The notes beneath the pieces were generated by a model. The model searched no databases, was not told where the DNA came from, and saw only the letters and a program-made list of their open reading frames with translations. This document shows positions 9,246 to 18,902 of a DNA stretch of 64,000 nucleotides, piece after piece. Each line of letters starts with the position of its first letter. The stretch's first letter is position 1. The position numbers and the translations under genes are program-made. The stretch lies in IMG/VR virus record IMGVR_UViG_3300045974_000806, positions 1 to 64,000 of that record. One strand, written 5' to 3'. This DNA comes from a virus.

Positions 9246-11342
9246 GTGACCACCAAGATCAGCAAGGTAGGCGTCCAATTTGAAGCCAAGGGCGCGGAGG
9301 CGGTGGACCGCCAACTCACCAAGACCACCGGCCGGCTCAAGACCATTGCGGAGCGCGGCCGGGACTTCGCGGCCATGGACAAGACGGTGGCCCGGCTGTC
9401 CAAGCAGTTCGCCACCATGGGCGCCCAGTTGGAGAAGATGAACCGGTCCATGGGCATGGCCGGTGGCGTCCAGCAGATGAAGGAGATGCAGAAGGCCACG
9501 GAAGCGGTCACCAAGGCCGTGGAGGCCATGACCCAGGCCAAAGAGAAGGCCCACAAGACGGAGAAGAAGCACAAGGAGGGACGCGAGGCCCTGTCATTCC
9601 ACCGCGGCATCGCGCAAGGGTTGGAGATCGGGGAATACTTTCCGGAAGAGTCCAAGGCGGGCTTCTACCGGAATCTGGCCGGCCGCGGCGTGGGGCGCAT
9701 GGCGCGCGGTGGTGTGTCCGCGGCGGCCACGCCCTTCACCGGCCAGGAAGGGTTCTCGGAGGCGCTGCGTTCCATCCCCGGCCTGGGCGGGTGGATGGCC
9801 CAGAAGTTTGGGGCCGCCATGCAGGCCGCCCAGATGGCCGTGGGCGTGGAGCAGCAGAAGGGCGGGTTCGCCTACCTCCACGGGATGGGCCACGGTGGCC
9901 GGAACGCGGTGGCCGCGGCCCAGGCAGCAGCCGGCGTGCGCATCCCAGGCATGAACCCCGCCGCCATCACCCTGGCGGGGAACCTCGCGGCCCGGGACGC
10001 CGGCATGCTGTTGCCCGCGGGCGGCAAGGTGCAGGAACCTGGGCCGGGCCGCGTGCGGGACCGCGCCCTGGCGCGCATGGATGCCCTCAAGCACGGCGGC
10101 CTCAAGGAACTGGCCCGGGTGGGCGCGGAGCAGCGCGCGGAGACGGCCGGCCTGGAAACGCCCGCGGAAGCCCGGGAGCGCGGTGAGAAGACGGAGCGCG
10201 CGGCCCAGGAAAAGGGCATCCGGAACGCCAAGGCAGCCCGGGAGGCGGCCCGCCGGCGGGCGGAGAACGCGGACTTCAACGCCCCCTTTGGGGACATGAT
10301 CAGTGCCGGCATCCGGTTTGGCCTGGACCCGCGGCAGGCCATCCAGGCAGGCAGTGAACTGGTGAACACGGCCGGGCTGAACTTGGAGGACGTGTCCAAG
10401 GGCCGCCTGACCACCGCAATGGCCGCCCAGCGCAGGTTCGGCGTTGGGATGGGGGAATCGGGCACCATGATGCGCGGGGAGCGCAGCGGGGCGCTGGGGG
10501 GGTCCTACGAGTCCAACCTGCAAGGGGCGCTTGAGACGGCCCACAGCATGGGCCTCCGCGGCCAGGACGTGTCCAACTACGTGCGGGACATCGCGTCCAA
10601 GGTGCAGTCCTTTGAGCAGACGGGCATCCCGGTGGCCCGCAAGAGCCTGGGGCAACTCCAACTGGGCCTTGCCCAGGTGGTGGGCGGGATGCGCGGGCAG
10701 GTGCTGGGCCAGCAGTTGATGGGCACGGTGCAGAACATTGGCATGAACGGTCCCAAGGACGCGGCCCAGATGCTGGCCTTCCGGCAGATGGGTGGGTTCA
10801 GCGGCGGGAACATCAACGACTACTGGGCCGCGCAGAAGAAGATGGCCGCGGGCGGAGACACGGAGGGCCTGGGCCGGATGCTGTCCGCGGTGCAAGAGGG
10901 CCTGGACGAGCCGGGCGCCAAGTCCCTGGCCGTGAAGAACCTGCTGGGCCGGCTGGGCGTGAACATCAACCCGGGGGAGGCGGACGCGTTCACGGGCGGT
11001 GACACCAGCATGTTGGAAACGTGGCGTGGCCAGATGGCCGCCGGCGGGAAGGCGGCCGGGCGCGTGGGCGGGGAACTGGCCGGTGCCCAGGCCACCGGGA
11101 CGGAGCAGGAAGTGGCCGCGTCAGAGGCCGCCAAGTACGCGTCCGGGGAGAAGGTCATCACCGCCTTCCTTGAGTTTGAGAAGGTGTCCAACCAAGGCAT
11201 CAAGGACGTGGCCGTGTTCGGCAAGGAACTGGGCCAGATGGCCGGCTGGGCCGCAAAGACGTCGGAAGAGTTCACGGGCATCCTTGAGAAGTGGAAGAAG
11301 ATCACGGATGACACCCTGCACAAGATGGGGCTGGCCCAATGA
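9246..11342 (+). CDS. Tape measure protein
   Basis: 698 aa, Ala/Gly/Met-rich, predicted helical; follows the chaperone pair. Confidence 0.8.
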   Translation: MTTKISKVGVQFEAKGAEAVDRQLTKTTGRLKTIAERGRDFAAMDKTVARLSKQFATMGAQLEKMNRSMGMAGGVQQMKEMQKATEAVTKAVEAMTQAKEKAHKTEKKHKEGREALSFHRGIAQGLEIGEYFPEESKAGFYRNLAGRGVGRMARGGVSAAATPFTGQEGFSEALRSIPGLGGWMAQKFGAAMQAAQMAVGVEQQKGGFAYLHGMGHGGRNAVAAAQAAAGVRIPGMNPAAITLAGNLAARDAGMLLPAGGKVQEPGPGRVRDRALARMDALKHGGLKELARVGAEQRAETAGLETPAEARERGEKTERAAQEKGIRNAKAAREAARRRAENADFNAPFGDMISAGIRFGLDPRQAIQAGSELVNTAGLNLEDVSKGRLTTAMAAQRRFGVGMGESGTMMRGERSGALGGSYESNLQGALETAHSMGLRGQDVSNYVRDIASKVQSFEQTGIPVARKSLGQLQLGLAQVVGGMRGQVLGQQLMGTVQNIGMNGPKDAAQMLAFRQMGGFSGGNINDYWAAQKKMAAGGDTEGLGRMLSAVQEGLDEPGAKSLAVKNLLGRLGVNINPGEADAFTGGDTSMLETWRGQMAAGGKAAGRVGGELAGAQATGTEQEVAASEAAKYASGEKVITAFLEFEKVSNQGIKDVAVFGKELGQMAGWAAKTSEEFTGILEKWKKITDDTLHKMGLAQ

Positions 11343-12802
11343 CGGCCGTCAAGCCCATCCCCGGCTTCCAGGGTTCCCGCACGTCCGGAGCCAAGGTCAC
11401 CCTCTACAGCCACGCGGATGACCCGGTGCTGGGCGAGGCCCAGAAGTCCCGCATTGAGGTGGTGGGCCACGGGAACATTCCGGAAGAGGCCCCGTCCGTG
11501 GTGTCCATCCAGACCTCAAAGAGCCTGGGCGCCGCGTCCGGAACGTGGTCCGCGGAGGTGAAAGCGCCGGCCCATTCCGGACAGGCGGACCTGCTGGAAC
11601 GGGTGGTGGATGACGACTGGGTTGATCTGTCCCTCACGGTGAACGCGCGCAAGACGCACATCATGCGCGGGCAGGTGGACACCATGCGCCGGCGCACGGC
11701 GGTGGGCGGGAACGGCGCCACCACGCGCGTCTATTCGTTCAACGGCCGGGACCACGGCGCCATCTTTGAGAAGAGCAACATCTGGTTCAACCAGTTCACG
11801 TCCGTGAACGCCATTGCCGGCCAGTTGGGCATCCGGCTGGGCCAGCGGATTCCGGTGGGACCGCCCAACGCCATTGTGGAGCAACTGCTCTACGGGATGC
11901 TGGACGTCCTGCATGACGCCGGCAACGCGAACTGGCGCCTGCCCCGGAGCATGGGCGTGCTGGGCGGCGCGGCCCTGGTGGACGCCATGCCCTTCCTTGA
12001 CGGGGACTTTGACAATGACCCGCCGCGGGAAGCCAACCTCGTCACCATGGACACGCCCAATGGGCGGCCCCTGTGGTCCTTTGCCCAGGAATGGGCGGAC
12101 CCCATGTTTTGTGAACTGTTCTGCGACCTGACGCCGGCCGCGGGCGGTCCCATCTACATGGACCCCAACAAGGAGTACGGCGAGGACGACACCATGATGG
12201 CGGTGTTCTTCCGGAACAAGCCGTTCCCCACCACCGCCAACCCGGGCGGCCCGCTGCTGTCCAGCCTGTGGGGGAACATCCCCATGGTGGAGATTCCGGA
12301 ACAGTACATCAGCAACATGGACGTGGGCCGCGGCGGCACGGAACGCTTCACCATGTTCACCGTCTCACCCCAGGTGGTGCAGGCGGTTTCTGACGTTGAC
12401 TACACCGCGCCGCTGTGGAGCCCGGAGGACGTGGGCCGGCACGGCGTGCGCCAGTTCGCCGTGGAAAGCCGCTACGTCACCAAGCAGGCAAACCTGCTGA
12501 CCATGACCAAGGCCCAGCGGGAACAGGTGGTGTCCTGGCACGCCATTGCCCCCTACCTGCTGAACGGGAACATCACGCTGGGCGCGCTCTTCCCAGGCAT
12601 CCGCGTGGGCATGCGCCTGCGCATCGTGAACGAACGCAGCACGTTGCAGGAAAGCTACTACGTGGAGGGCGTGAGCCACCGGTGGAACGCGCGCACGGGC
12701 GGCAGCACTTCCCTGGTGGTGACCCGCGGGTGGCGTGGGACGGACGAGGCATACATGAACGCGGTCTACAAGCTGAGTGACCGGTATGAGGTGGCAAAGT
12801 GA
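11339..12802 (+). CDS. Baseplate hub protein
   Basis: VVSIQTSKSL..SGTWS, NGRDHG, DPMFCELF, IRVGMRL, YYVEGVSHRW...TSLVVTRG hub motifs. Confidence 0.8.
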   Translation: MTAVKPIPGFQGSRTSGAKVTLYSHADDPVLGEAQKSRIEVVGHGNIPEEAPSVVSIQTSKSLGAASGTWSAEVKAPAHSGQADLLERVVDDDWVDLSLTVNARKTHIMRGQVDTMRRRTAVGGNGATTRVYSFNGRDHGAIFEKSNIWFNQFTSVNAIAGQLGIRLGQRIPVGPPNAIVEQLLYGMLDVLHDAGNANWRLPRSMGVLGGAALVDAMPFLDGDFDNDPPREANLVTMDTPNGRPLWSFAQEWADPMFCELFCDLTPAAGGPIYMDPNKEYGEDDTMMAVFFRNKPFPTTANPGGPLLSSLWGNIPMVEIPEQYISNMDVGRGGTERFTMFTVSPQVVQAVSDVDYTAPLWSPEDVGRHGVRQFAVESRYVTKQANLLTMTKAQREQVVSWHAIAPYLLNGNITLGALFPGIRVGMRLRIVNERSTLQESYYVEGVSHRWNARTGGSTSLVVTRGWRGTDEAYMNAVYKLSDRYEVAK

Positions 12803-14082
12803 CCAACCGCATCCAGGCCCGCGGCTTCCAGGGCGGCGCCGTGAAGTCTTCCGGAGTCCCCGCCGGCGGCATTGAGGCCCAGCACGGACTGCGCGCGCAC
12901 GGCATGCTGCTGTCCGGCGTGGTGATTGCCTCCTACGTGCAACTGGACGGCAACCCGGCCCTTCCGGAAGGCCACGTGCAGCGGCCCACCGCGGTCTACT
13001 GCGACGTGCTCATCTACAGCACGCGCGCGGCCCTGCGCGGGCAAGTCATCTATGCCGCCATGGTCGCGGACAGCGTGGGCCTGCACGGCGGCCACGTGTG
13101 GATTCCTCGCGCGGCCACGCTGAACATCGCGGGGGAAAAGACCGGCCTCCCGGTGGTGGACCCACGGGACCTCGACGGGGACCACGTGCTGGTGCAGTTC
13201 CTTGACGACAACCTGAACAGCCCGGTGATCACCAGCCGCATCCCGCACCCCCAGGCCGGGCTTGGCAACGAGGAGTTCCCCCAGGCCGGCCACCGCGTCC
13301 TGCTGAAGGTTTCAGACGGCACCGTGGACTTCCGGAAGCATCAGGGGACGTTCCAGGGTGTGGACGCCAACGGGAACTTTCTGGTGGACTCCACGCGCGC
13401 GCACGGCGGCAAGTACACGCTGGGCGGCGGGGAAGACGCGGGGAAGAACGCCATCTTTGGGAACCAGACGTTCACGTTGCCCAACGTGGCCAAGTTCACC
13501 GTCCTGGGCGTGGAGGACCAAGGCAAGCACGCGCCCAACAATGAGAAGTTCCGGCTGGTGCTTGAGGCCAACAAGCTGACCGTCCAGATGATGGATGACC
13601 CGCTCAAGTCCGTGGTGCTGGACACGGACGCCAAAACGCTCACCGTGAAGCTGGGCGCGGAGAACAAGTCCCTGGTGCTGGACGAGAACGCCGGCAGCCT
13701 CACCGTCAAGCTGGGGGATGACAACAAGTCCCTGGTGCTGAACGGGACGTCCCTCACCGTGAAGCTGGGGGACGCCACGCATGAACTGGTGCTGGACCAC
13801 AGCGCCTTGGAAGCCAAAGTGGGCGGGGACGGCCTCAAGCTGGAACAGTTTGGGCCGTCCGCGGTCCTGGCTATTGGCGGCGGTGGGGACTTCGCGGTGT
13901 CCTTCAACCAGTTGGACGCGTGGTGGACCGTGGTGGGGCCGCTGATTGCTAGCCACGTCCACCCCACCACCGCCCCTGGCGCCCCCACGCTCACATCTCC
14001 GGCCATTGCCACTGTGGGCAGTGCCCCTCCCCAAGCCCTTTGGAAGCTGGCCGGCCTCAAGGTCCGCGCCGGCAACGCATGA
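12799..14082 (+). CDS. Baseplate central spike (gpV/gp5-like)
   Basis: OB-fold GDHVLVQFLD..PVI; beta-helix repeats KSLVL..SLTVKLG; C-terminal HVH metal-binding tip. Confidence 0.8.
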   Translation: MTNRIQARGFQGGAVKSSGVPAGGIEAQHGLRAHGMLLSGVVIASYVQLDGNPALPEGHVQRPTAVYCDVLIYSTRAALRGQVIYAAMVADSVGLHGGHVWIPRAATLNIAGEKTGLPVVDPRDLDGDHVLVQFLDDNLNSPVITSRIPHPQAGLGNEEFPQAGHRVLLKVSDGTVDFRKHQGTFQGVDANGNFLVDSTRAHGGKYTLGGGEDAGKNAIFGNQTFTLPNVAKFTVLGVEDQGKHAPNNEKFRLVLEANKLTVQMMDDPLKSVVLDTDAKTLTVKLGAENKSLVLDENAGSLTVKLGDDNKSLVLNGTSLTVKLGDATHELVLDHSALEAKVGGDGLKLEQFGPSAVLAIGGGGDFAVSFNQLDAWWTVVGPLIASHVHPTTAPGAPTLTSPAIATVGSAPPQALWKLAGLKVRAGNA

Positions 14083-14089
14083 GGAACCC

Positions 14090-14449
14090 ATGACCACCAA
14101 GCAGGCCGCCCTGGCGGCAGCCATCCACGGCACCATGCCCTTGGAGCCATCTCCGGCCCCGGTCCCCGCCCTGGTGGACCTCCCCCTGCGCCTGTACTGC
14201 GATTCCATGGCGGAGGCCCTGCTGGGCACGGCACCTCCGGCCGCCACGCCCCCAGGTGCCCCTGGCGTGCTCACCGCGGCCTACCCATCCCCGGTTGCCC
14301 CCACGCCCGGGCCACACGTGGCCGCGGCGTCCAACGGCACCCTGCCGGCCACCACGGACGCCGTGCTGTGCCAGATCCACGTGGACGCTTCCGGAAACGC
14401 CCACGTGTTCAACGGGACCGTCTGGAAGAAGCTCAAGTTCGACCCATGA
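14090..14449 (+). CDS. Hypothetical Pro/Ala-rich tail protein
   Basis: GAGGA RBS, ATG 14090; C-terminal VFNGTVW motif. Confidence 0.55.
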   Translation: MTTKQAALAAAIHGTMPLEPSPAPVPALVDLPLRLYCDSMAEALLGTAPPAATPPGAPGVLTAAYPSPVAPTPGPHVAAASNGTLPATTDAVLCQIHVDASGNAHVFNGTVWKKLKFDP

Positions 14450-14485
14450 CGGCCGGCCCCTTCCCCAGGTAAGCTGGCCGGCACC

Positions 14486-16447
14486 ATGGCGTTCACCATC
14501 ACTGACGCAACCATCCGGAACGTGAACGACGCAGACGCCACCGCCGCGGCGTCTGACTTCATCCCCATGTCCCGGCTGCTGCGCGCGGTGGCGGAGGAAG
14601 CCCGGGAGAGCGCCACCAAGGACGCAAAGTTCTTCAAGAGCCTGCTCTACTACTTTGAGTTGGAGGTGCCCAAGAAGCTGTCCCCCGGCCCCAACAAGTA
14701 CCTCTACCCCCTGGTGCTGCCTCCGGAGTCCTACGGGATGACGGAGCCCTTTGCGGTGGAGCAGGCGTTCACCCTGGGCGGTGGGCTCTTTGTGGAGGAA
14801 CAGGGTGTGGTGGCCAGGACCATCACGCTTTCCGGAACCACCGGGTGGGCGCCCCGGAAGCAGAAGGGGCCGGTGTCCAACTTCAATTTCATCTCCGCAC
14901 CCCAGCACCGCACGTGGCGCCGTGACGTCACCAAAACGGTGAAGGCCCTCACCGCGCTTTCCGGACAGCGGCACTTTCAGTTCCTGCAAGACACCGTGTT
15001 CCGGACCTACGGGGACCTGAAGCAGGACCCGGCCACGTCGGAAGACACCAAGCTGTACTTCCACAACGTGCAGGACGACGAGCATTGGCGCGTGTTCCCC
15101 ATGTCGTTCAGCATGAGCCGGAGCGTGGCACAGCCGCTGCTCTACAAGTACGACATCCAACTGCTGGCCGTGGCTCCGGAGTCCGTTCCGGAAGAGAAGC
15201 TGTCCGAGGACGGCCCCGTCATGGCGGCCCTCCGGAACCCGTTCCGGGTGATCAAAAGCGCGGTGGACAACATCCGCGCCGCGGTGCTGGACCTGTCCGC
15301 GGTGACGGGGGAACTCCGGGCCGTCAACGGCAAGTTCACCAGCCTGCTGGATGGGGCCGTGGGCATTGCAGACGCCGCGGAGAAGTTCCTCGACGGCACC
15401 GCCACGCTGATTGCCCAGCCGCTGTCCCTGGTGGAGAACACCATGAAGGCCGGCAATGACGCGCTGCTGGAATGGAACACCGGCGTGGCCTCCGGCTCCG
15501 CCATTGGCCCGCCGGCCAACCTGCTCAACAGCATCCGGAAGATCATTGACTCCCTGGCCCTGATTGGAAGCTACCCGGGCTCTTTCCGGAACAGCATCCA
15601 GGCGGAGGTGGACAAGTTCCTGGCCCAGGCGTCCCTGGCCTACCGCAACAAGGCGTCCCTCAAGGCGGCGGTGAACAACATCCCGTCCACGCTCCGCGGC
15701 TTCTCATCCCAGGCCCGCGGGACCACGCCCAACCCGGGCGACTACGCGCGGTCCCTGGCGTCCCTGGGCCTGGGGCAGGACACCCCGCGCTACGCCAGCG
15801 CCGTGGAATACGTGCTTGAGATGGGGGACAGCCTGGAAAACCTCGCCGCGCGCTACCTGGGGGACGCGCGGAACTGGAAGTACATTGCCCTGTTCAACGG
15901 CCTGAAGGCCCCCTTCATCAGCCAGGACGGCCTGCCGGGCACGCTCCGCTGGGGGGACAAGATCCTCATCCCGTCCACCGCGGCGCCGGCGGTGGTGGCC
16001 ACCAACCCCGCGGTCCTGGGCACGCGCGCCAATGAGCCGGGCGCCGTCCAGGCCCTGGGCCGGGACCTGCTGTTGACCGCGGTGGACCGGGATCAATTTG
16101 ACCTTGTGATCGACGCAGACGGCGGCGGCATTGACATCAAGCTGACGGACGGGGTGGCCAACCTGAAGCAGGCCATCCGGACGCGCATCATCACGGAGAA
16201 GGGCACGGACATCCTGTACCGGAACCTGGGATGCTCCCGCGTGGTGGGCCTGGGCTTGACGGAGGTGGACCTTGAGACGGCCAAGATCCGGCTGGTGGAG
16301 GCGGTGGGCGCGGACCCCCGCATCGCCGCGGTCACCAACGTGACGTTCAATCTGGTACAGCCTGACGGGGTGGAGGCGGACCTCACCGCGGAAGTCCGCG
16401 GGTTCTCGCGCCCGGAGCAGGTGGTTGTGGTCACCCCCGTTGTCTAG
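14486..16447 (+). CDS. Baseplate protein: tube-initiator-like N-term + LysM + gp25/gpW-like C-term
   Basis: ITLSGTTG N-terminal motif; LysM YVLEMGDSLENLAARYLGD..W..IA.FN...GDKILIP; gp25-like GVANLKQAIRTRIITEKG...DPRI. Confidence 0.75.
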   Translation: MAFTITDATIRNVNDADATAAASDFIPMSRLLRAVAEEARESATKDAKFFKSLLYYFELEVPKKLSPGPNKYLYPLVLPPESYGMTEPFAVEQAFTLGGGLFVEEQGVVARTITLSGTTGWAPRKQKGPVSNFNFISAPQHRTWRRDVTKTVKALTALSGQRHFQFLQDTVFRTYGDLKQDPATSEDTKLYFHNVQDDEHWRVFPMSFSMSRSVAQPLLYKYDIQLLAVAPESVPEEKLSEDGPVMAALRNPFRVIKSAVDNIRAAVLDLSAVTGELRAVNGKFTSLLDGAVGIADAAEKFLDGTATLIAQPLSLVENTMKAGNDALLEWNTGVASGSAIGPPANLLNSIRKIIDSLALIGSYPGSFRNSIQAEVDKFLAQASLAYRNKASLKAAVNNIPSTLRGFSSQARGTTPNPGDYARSLASLGLGQDTPRYASAVEYVLEMGDSLENLAARYLGDARNWKYIALFNGLKAPFISQDGLPGTLRWGDKILIPSTAAPAVVATNPAVLGTRANEPGAVQALGRDLLLTAVDRDQFDLVIDADGGGIDIKLTDGVANLKQAIRTRIITEKGTDILYRNLGCSRVVGLGLTEVDLETAKIRLVEAVGADPRIAAVTNVTFNLVQPDGVEADLTAEVRGFSRPEQVVVVTPVV

Positions 16448-16455
16448 GAGCCGTC

Positions 16456-17898
16456 ATGCCCAGTCCCAACCTGAAGTCCTATGAGCCCATCCACCAGCAG
16501 ATGATCAACGTCATGGTGTCCCGCACGTCCCTCACGGACGTCACGGATTCCAGCGTGTTCAAGCACCTGCTGGCCGCGCCAGCGCGGGAGATGGACGAGA
16601 TTTACTTCCAGATGGGGCTCTTTCCGGACCTGTTCTCCATCGACACGGCATCCGGCGACGACCTTGACCGGCGTGCCGCGGACATCCAGCCCGGCCTGCT
16701 GGTGCGGACGTCCGCCACCAAGTCCACCGGCGTGGTGGTGTTCACGCGTTCCGGAACCGTGGGGGACGTGTCCATCCCCGCCGGCACCGTGCTCAAGACG
16801 CCCAGTGGCGTGAAGTTCATCACCATCATTGACGGGGCCATCACCAACGGCAATTCATCTTCCGGAAGCGTGTCCGTCCTGGCCCAGGACGCCGGCACCG
16901 CCGGCAACGTGGCTGCCCTCACCATCACCCTGTTCAATTCCAAGCCCGCCGGCGTGGACGGCGTGTCCAACCCCTCCACGCTCATTGGCGGCCTGGACAC
17001 GGAGACGGATGACGCCTTCCGCGCACGGCTCAAAGCCTACGTGGCCTCCCTGGCGCGCTGCACGCCCCAGGCGTTGGAGTTCATTGCCACCGGCGTGACG
17101 GCCACAAACGGCCAGCGCGTGGCGTTCGCGCACGTGGTGGAGGACGCCGTGGACCGCGGGGAGGTGTACCTCTACCTTGACGACGGTTCCGGAACCATTG
17201 AGACGTCCACGCACGTGAGCACTCCGGAGAACCTGACGCAGGGCCTGGGCGGCCCGTTTGGTGACGGGGACAGCGCGCTGGGCGGGGAGCAGTTCCTCCG
17301 CACCAACTTCAAGCCGCTGAAGGTGGACCTTGCCAACGTGTCCGCCAGCATCTCCCTGGTGAGCGAGGGCACCGGCGCGCGCGGGACGCTCACCTACGGC
17401 GTGGACTTCCTGCTGAATGACCCCGCCGGCGAGTTCAAGATGACGCCGGCCCTGGTGGCCGGGGAAGTCATCAAGGCCACCTACACGTATTACGGCGGCC
17501 TGATTGGTGAGGTGCAGCGGATTGTGGACGGCGACCCGGAGGACCGCACCAACTACCCAGGCTGGCGCGCGGCCGGCGTGCGGGTCCACTGCCTCCCTCC
17601 CCAGATCCTGCAACAGGTGGTGAACGCCAACGTGCTGGTGGCGGAAGGGTTCGTGAAGGGCGTGCCGGTGAGCGGCGGCTACACCACCGGGTCTGTCCTG
17701 GCCGCGGTGGCGGAGGCCATCAGCGCCTACGTGAACAACCTGGGCATCTCAGGGGACGTGCTCCGCAGCGAACTCATCACGCGCATCATGGAGGTGCCTG
17801 GGGTCACCAACACCACGCTCAACACGCCGGCCACGGACATCATCATGCTGGACAACCAACTGGCCCGCATCACCATCGCAAACATCCTGCTGTCCTGA
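16456..17898 (+). CDS. Baseplate wedge protein (J-like)
   Basis: DTASGDDLD, STGVVVFTR, AQDAGTAGNV, GGLDTETDDAFRAR, RAAGV motifs. Confidence 0.9.
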   Translation: MPSPNLKSYEPIHQQMINVMVSRTSLTDVTDSSVFKHLLAAPAREMDEIYFQMGLFPDLFSIDTASGDDLDRRAADIQPGLLVRTSATKSTGVVVFTRSGTVGDVSIPAGTVLKTPSGVKFITIIDGAITNGNSSSGSVSVLAQDAGTAGNVAALTITLFNSKPAGVDGVSNPSTLIGGLDTETDDAFRARLKAYVASLARCTPQALEFIATGVTATNGQRVAFAHVVEDAVDRGEVYLYLDDGSGTIETSTHVSTPENLTQGLGGPFGDGDSALGGEQFLRTNFKPLKVDLANVSASISLVSEGTGARGTLTYGVDFLLNDPAGEFKMTPALVAGEVIKATYTYYGGLIGEVQRIVDGDPEDRTNYPGWRAAGVRVHCLPPQILQQVVNANVLVAEGFVKGVPVSGGYTTGSVLAAVAEAISAYVNNLGISGDVLRSELITRIMEVPGVTNTTLNTPATDIIMLDNQLARITIANILLS

Positions 17899-17904
17899 CC
17901 TCTC

Positions 17905-18891
17905 ATGGCGCGCATCCGCATCACCCTCACCACCGACGCAGCGCACCCCAGGGTTGTCTACCTGGGGAACAAGATCGCTTGGTACGCATACGTGCGGCCC
18001 ACCGACGTGCTGTGCATCCAGCGGGAGGTGAACGGCGTGCGGGACCCGGAGGTGCAGGTCTGCTCACCGGTGAAGAGCCTGGACGTCATTCAGGACCCGG
18101 TGGACCCCACCAAGGGGTGGATCTACTTCATCCATGACGGCATCCTTGAGCGGATTCAGGTGACGCCCCTGGCGGCGAACCTCACCGCGGTGGCCTACCT
18201 CCGGATTGACGGGTGGTATCAAGGCACGCCCATCTCCGGCGGGACCGGTCTGCTCCGCCAGTGGACCACGACGGAATATCCGCCCCTCAAGCGCCTGCGC
18301 CAGGAAGCCACACCCATCTCCGGCGGGACCGGTCTGCTCCGCCAGTGGAGTGCTTCCGAAGGTCCGGACCCACCGTCCATCACGATTGAGCGCACCAACA
18401 GCGGCATCAACGTGCTCATCACCTCCCCCAACCGCAACGCGTTCCGGAACCGGAACATCACGCAGATGCACGTGTGGCGAAAGCAGACCTCCAACCAACT
18501 GGTGGGCGGGGACTGGGCGCTGCACGCCACCGTGGACGTGCCAACGCTCCCTCACACATGGGAGCCACCGCTGCCGGCCTTGGTGGCCGCGGTCCCTGGG
18601 ACGACCACGCCGGTGTCCTACTGGGCGGTGTCTTGCGTGCGCACGGGATACCTCCCCGCGGAAAGCGTCTACAGCAACATTGCGACGGACGACGGGACGT
18701 TGCCCGTAATCTACGTGGACTCCCCCAAAGCAGTGGGAGGCACCCACGTGTATCAGACGTGGACCACCTTTGAGTGGACGCCTATGAAGCGCGTACGGGA
18801 TGACCAGATTGGCGCCGGCGTCATTGGCCCAGGTGGCACCGGCCTAATGCGCAAGTGGATTGTGAACGGAACAAGCATCATCAACCCTTGA
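17905..18891 (+). CDS. Tail/baseplate-associated protein with internal GGT...W repeats
   Basis: 328 aa within tail module; TPISGGTGLLRQW twice plus two diverged copies near C-terminus. Confidence 0.6.
   Translation: MARIRITLTTDAAHPRVVYLGNKIAWYAYVRPTDVLCIQREVNGVRDPEVQVCSPVKSLDVIQDPVDPTKGWIYFIHDGILERIQVTPLAANLTAVAYLRIDGWYQGTPISGGTGLLRQWTTTEYPPLKRLRQEATPISGGTGLLRQWSASEGPDPPSITIERTNSGINVLITSPNRNAFRNRNITQMHVWRKQTSNQLVGGDWALHATVDVPTLPHTWEPPLPALVAAVPGTTTPVSYWAVSCVRTGYLPAESVYSNIATDDGTLPVIYVDSPKAVGGTHVYQTWTTFEWTPMKRVRDDQIGAGVIGPGGTGLMRKWIVNGTSIINP
18229..18349 (+). repeat. Perfect 37-bp direct repeat, two copies (18229-18265, 18313-18349), in frame
   Basis: CCCATCTCCGGCGGGACCGGTCTGCTCCGCCAGTGGA read twice, period 84 nt. 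Confidence 0.95.
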
Positions 18892-18902
18892 AGGAGCCGG
18901 CC

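Noticed and set aside
4615-17898. Bacterial contractile injection system (eCIS/T6SS/tailocin)
   Set aside because: Head-tail connector genes and a complete phage replication module are contiguous, so this is a phage tail.
18229-18349. 37-bp repeat / 47-bp spacer as a mini-CRISPR array
   Set aside because: Only two copies, period is a multiple of 3, the repeat encodes a peptide motif with diverged copies elsewhere in the same protein, and there is no leader or cas gene.
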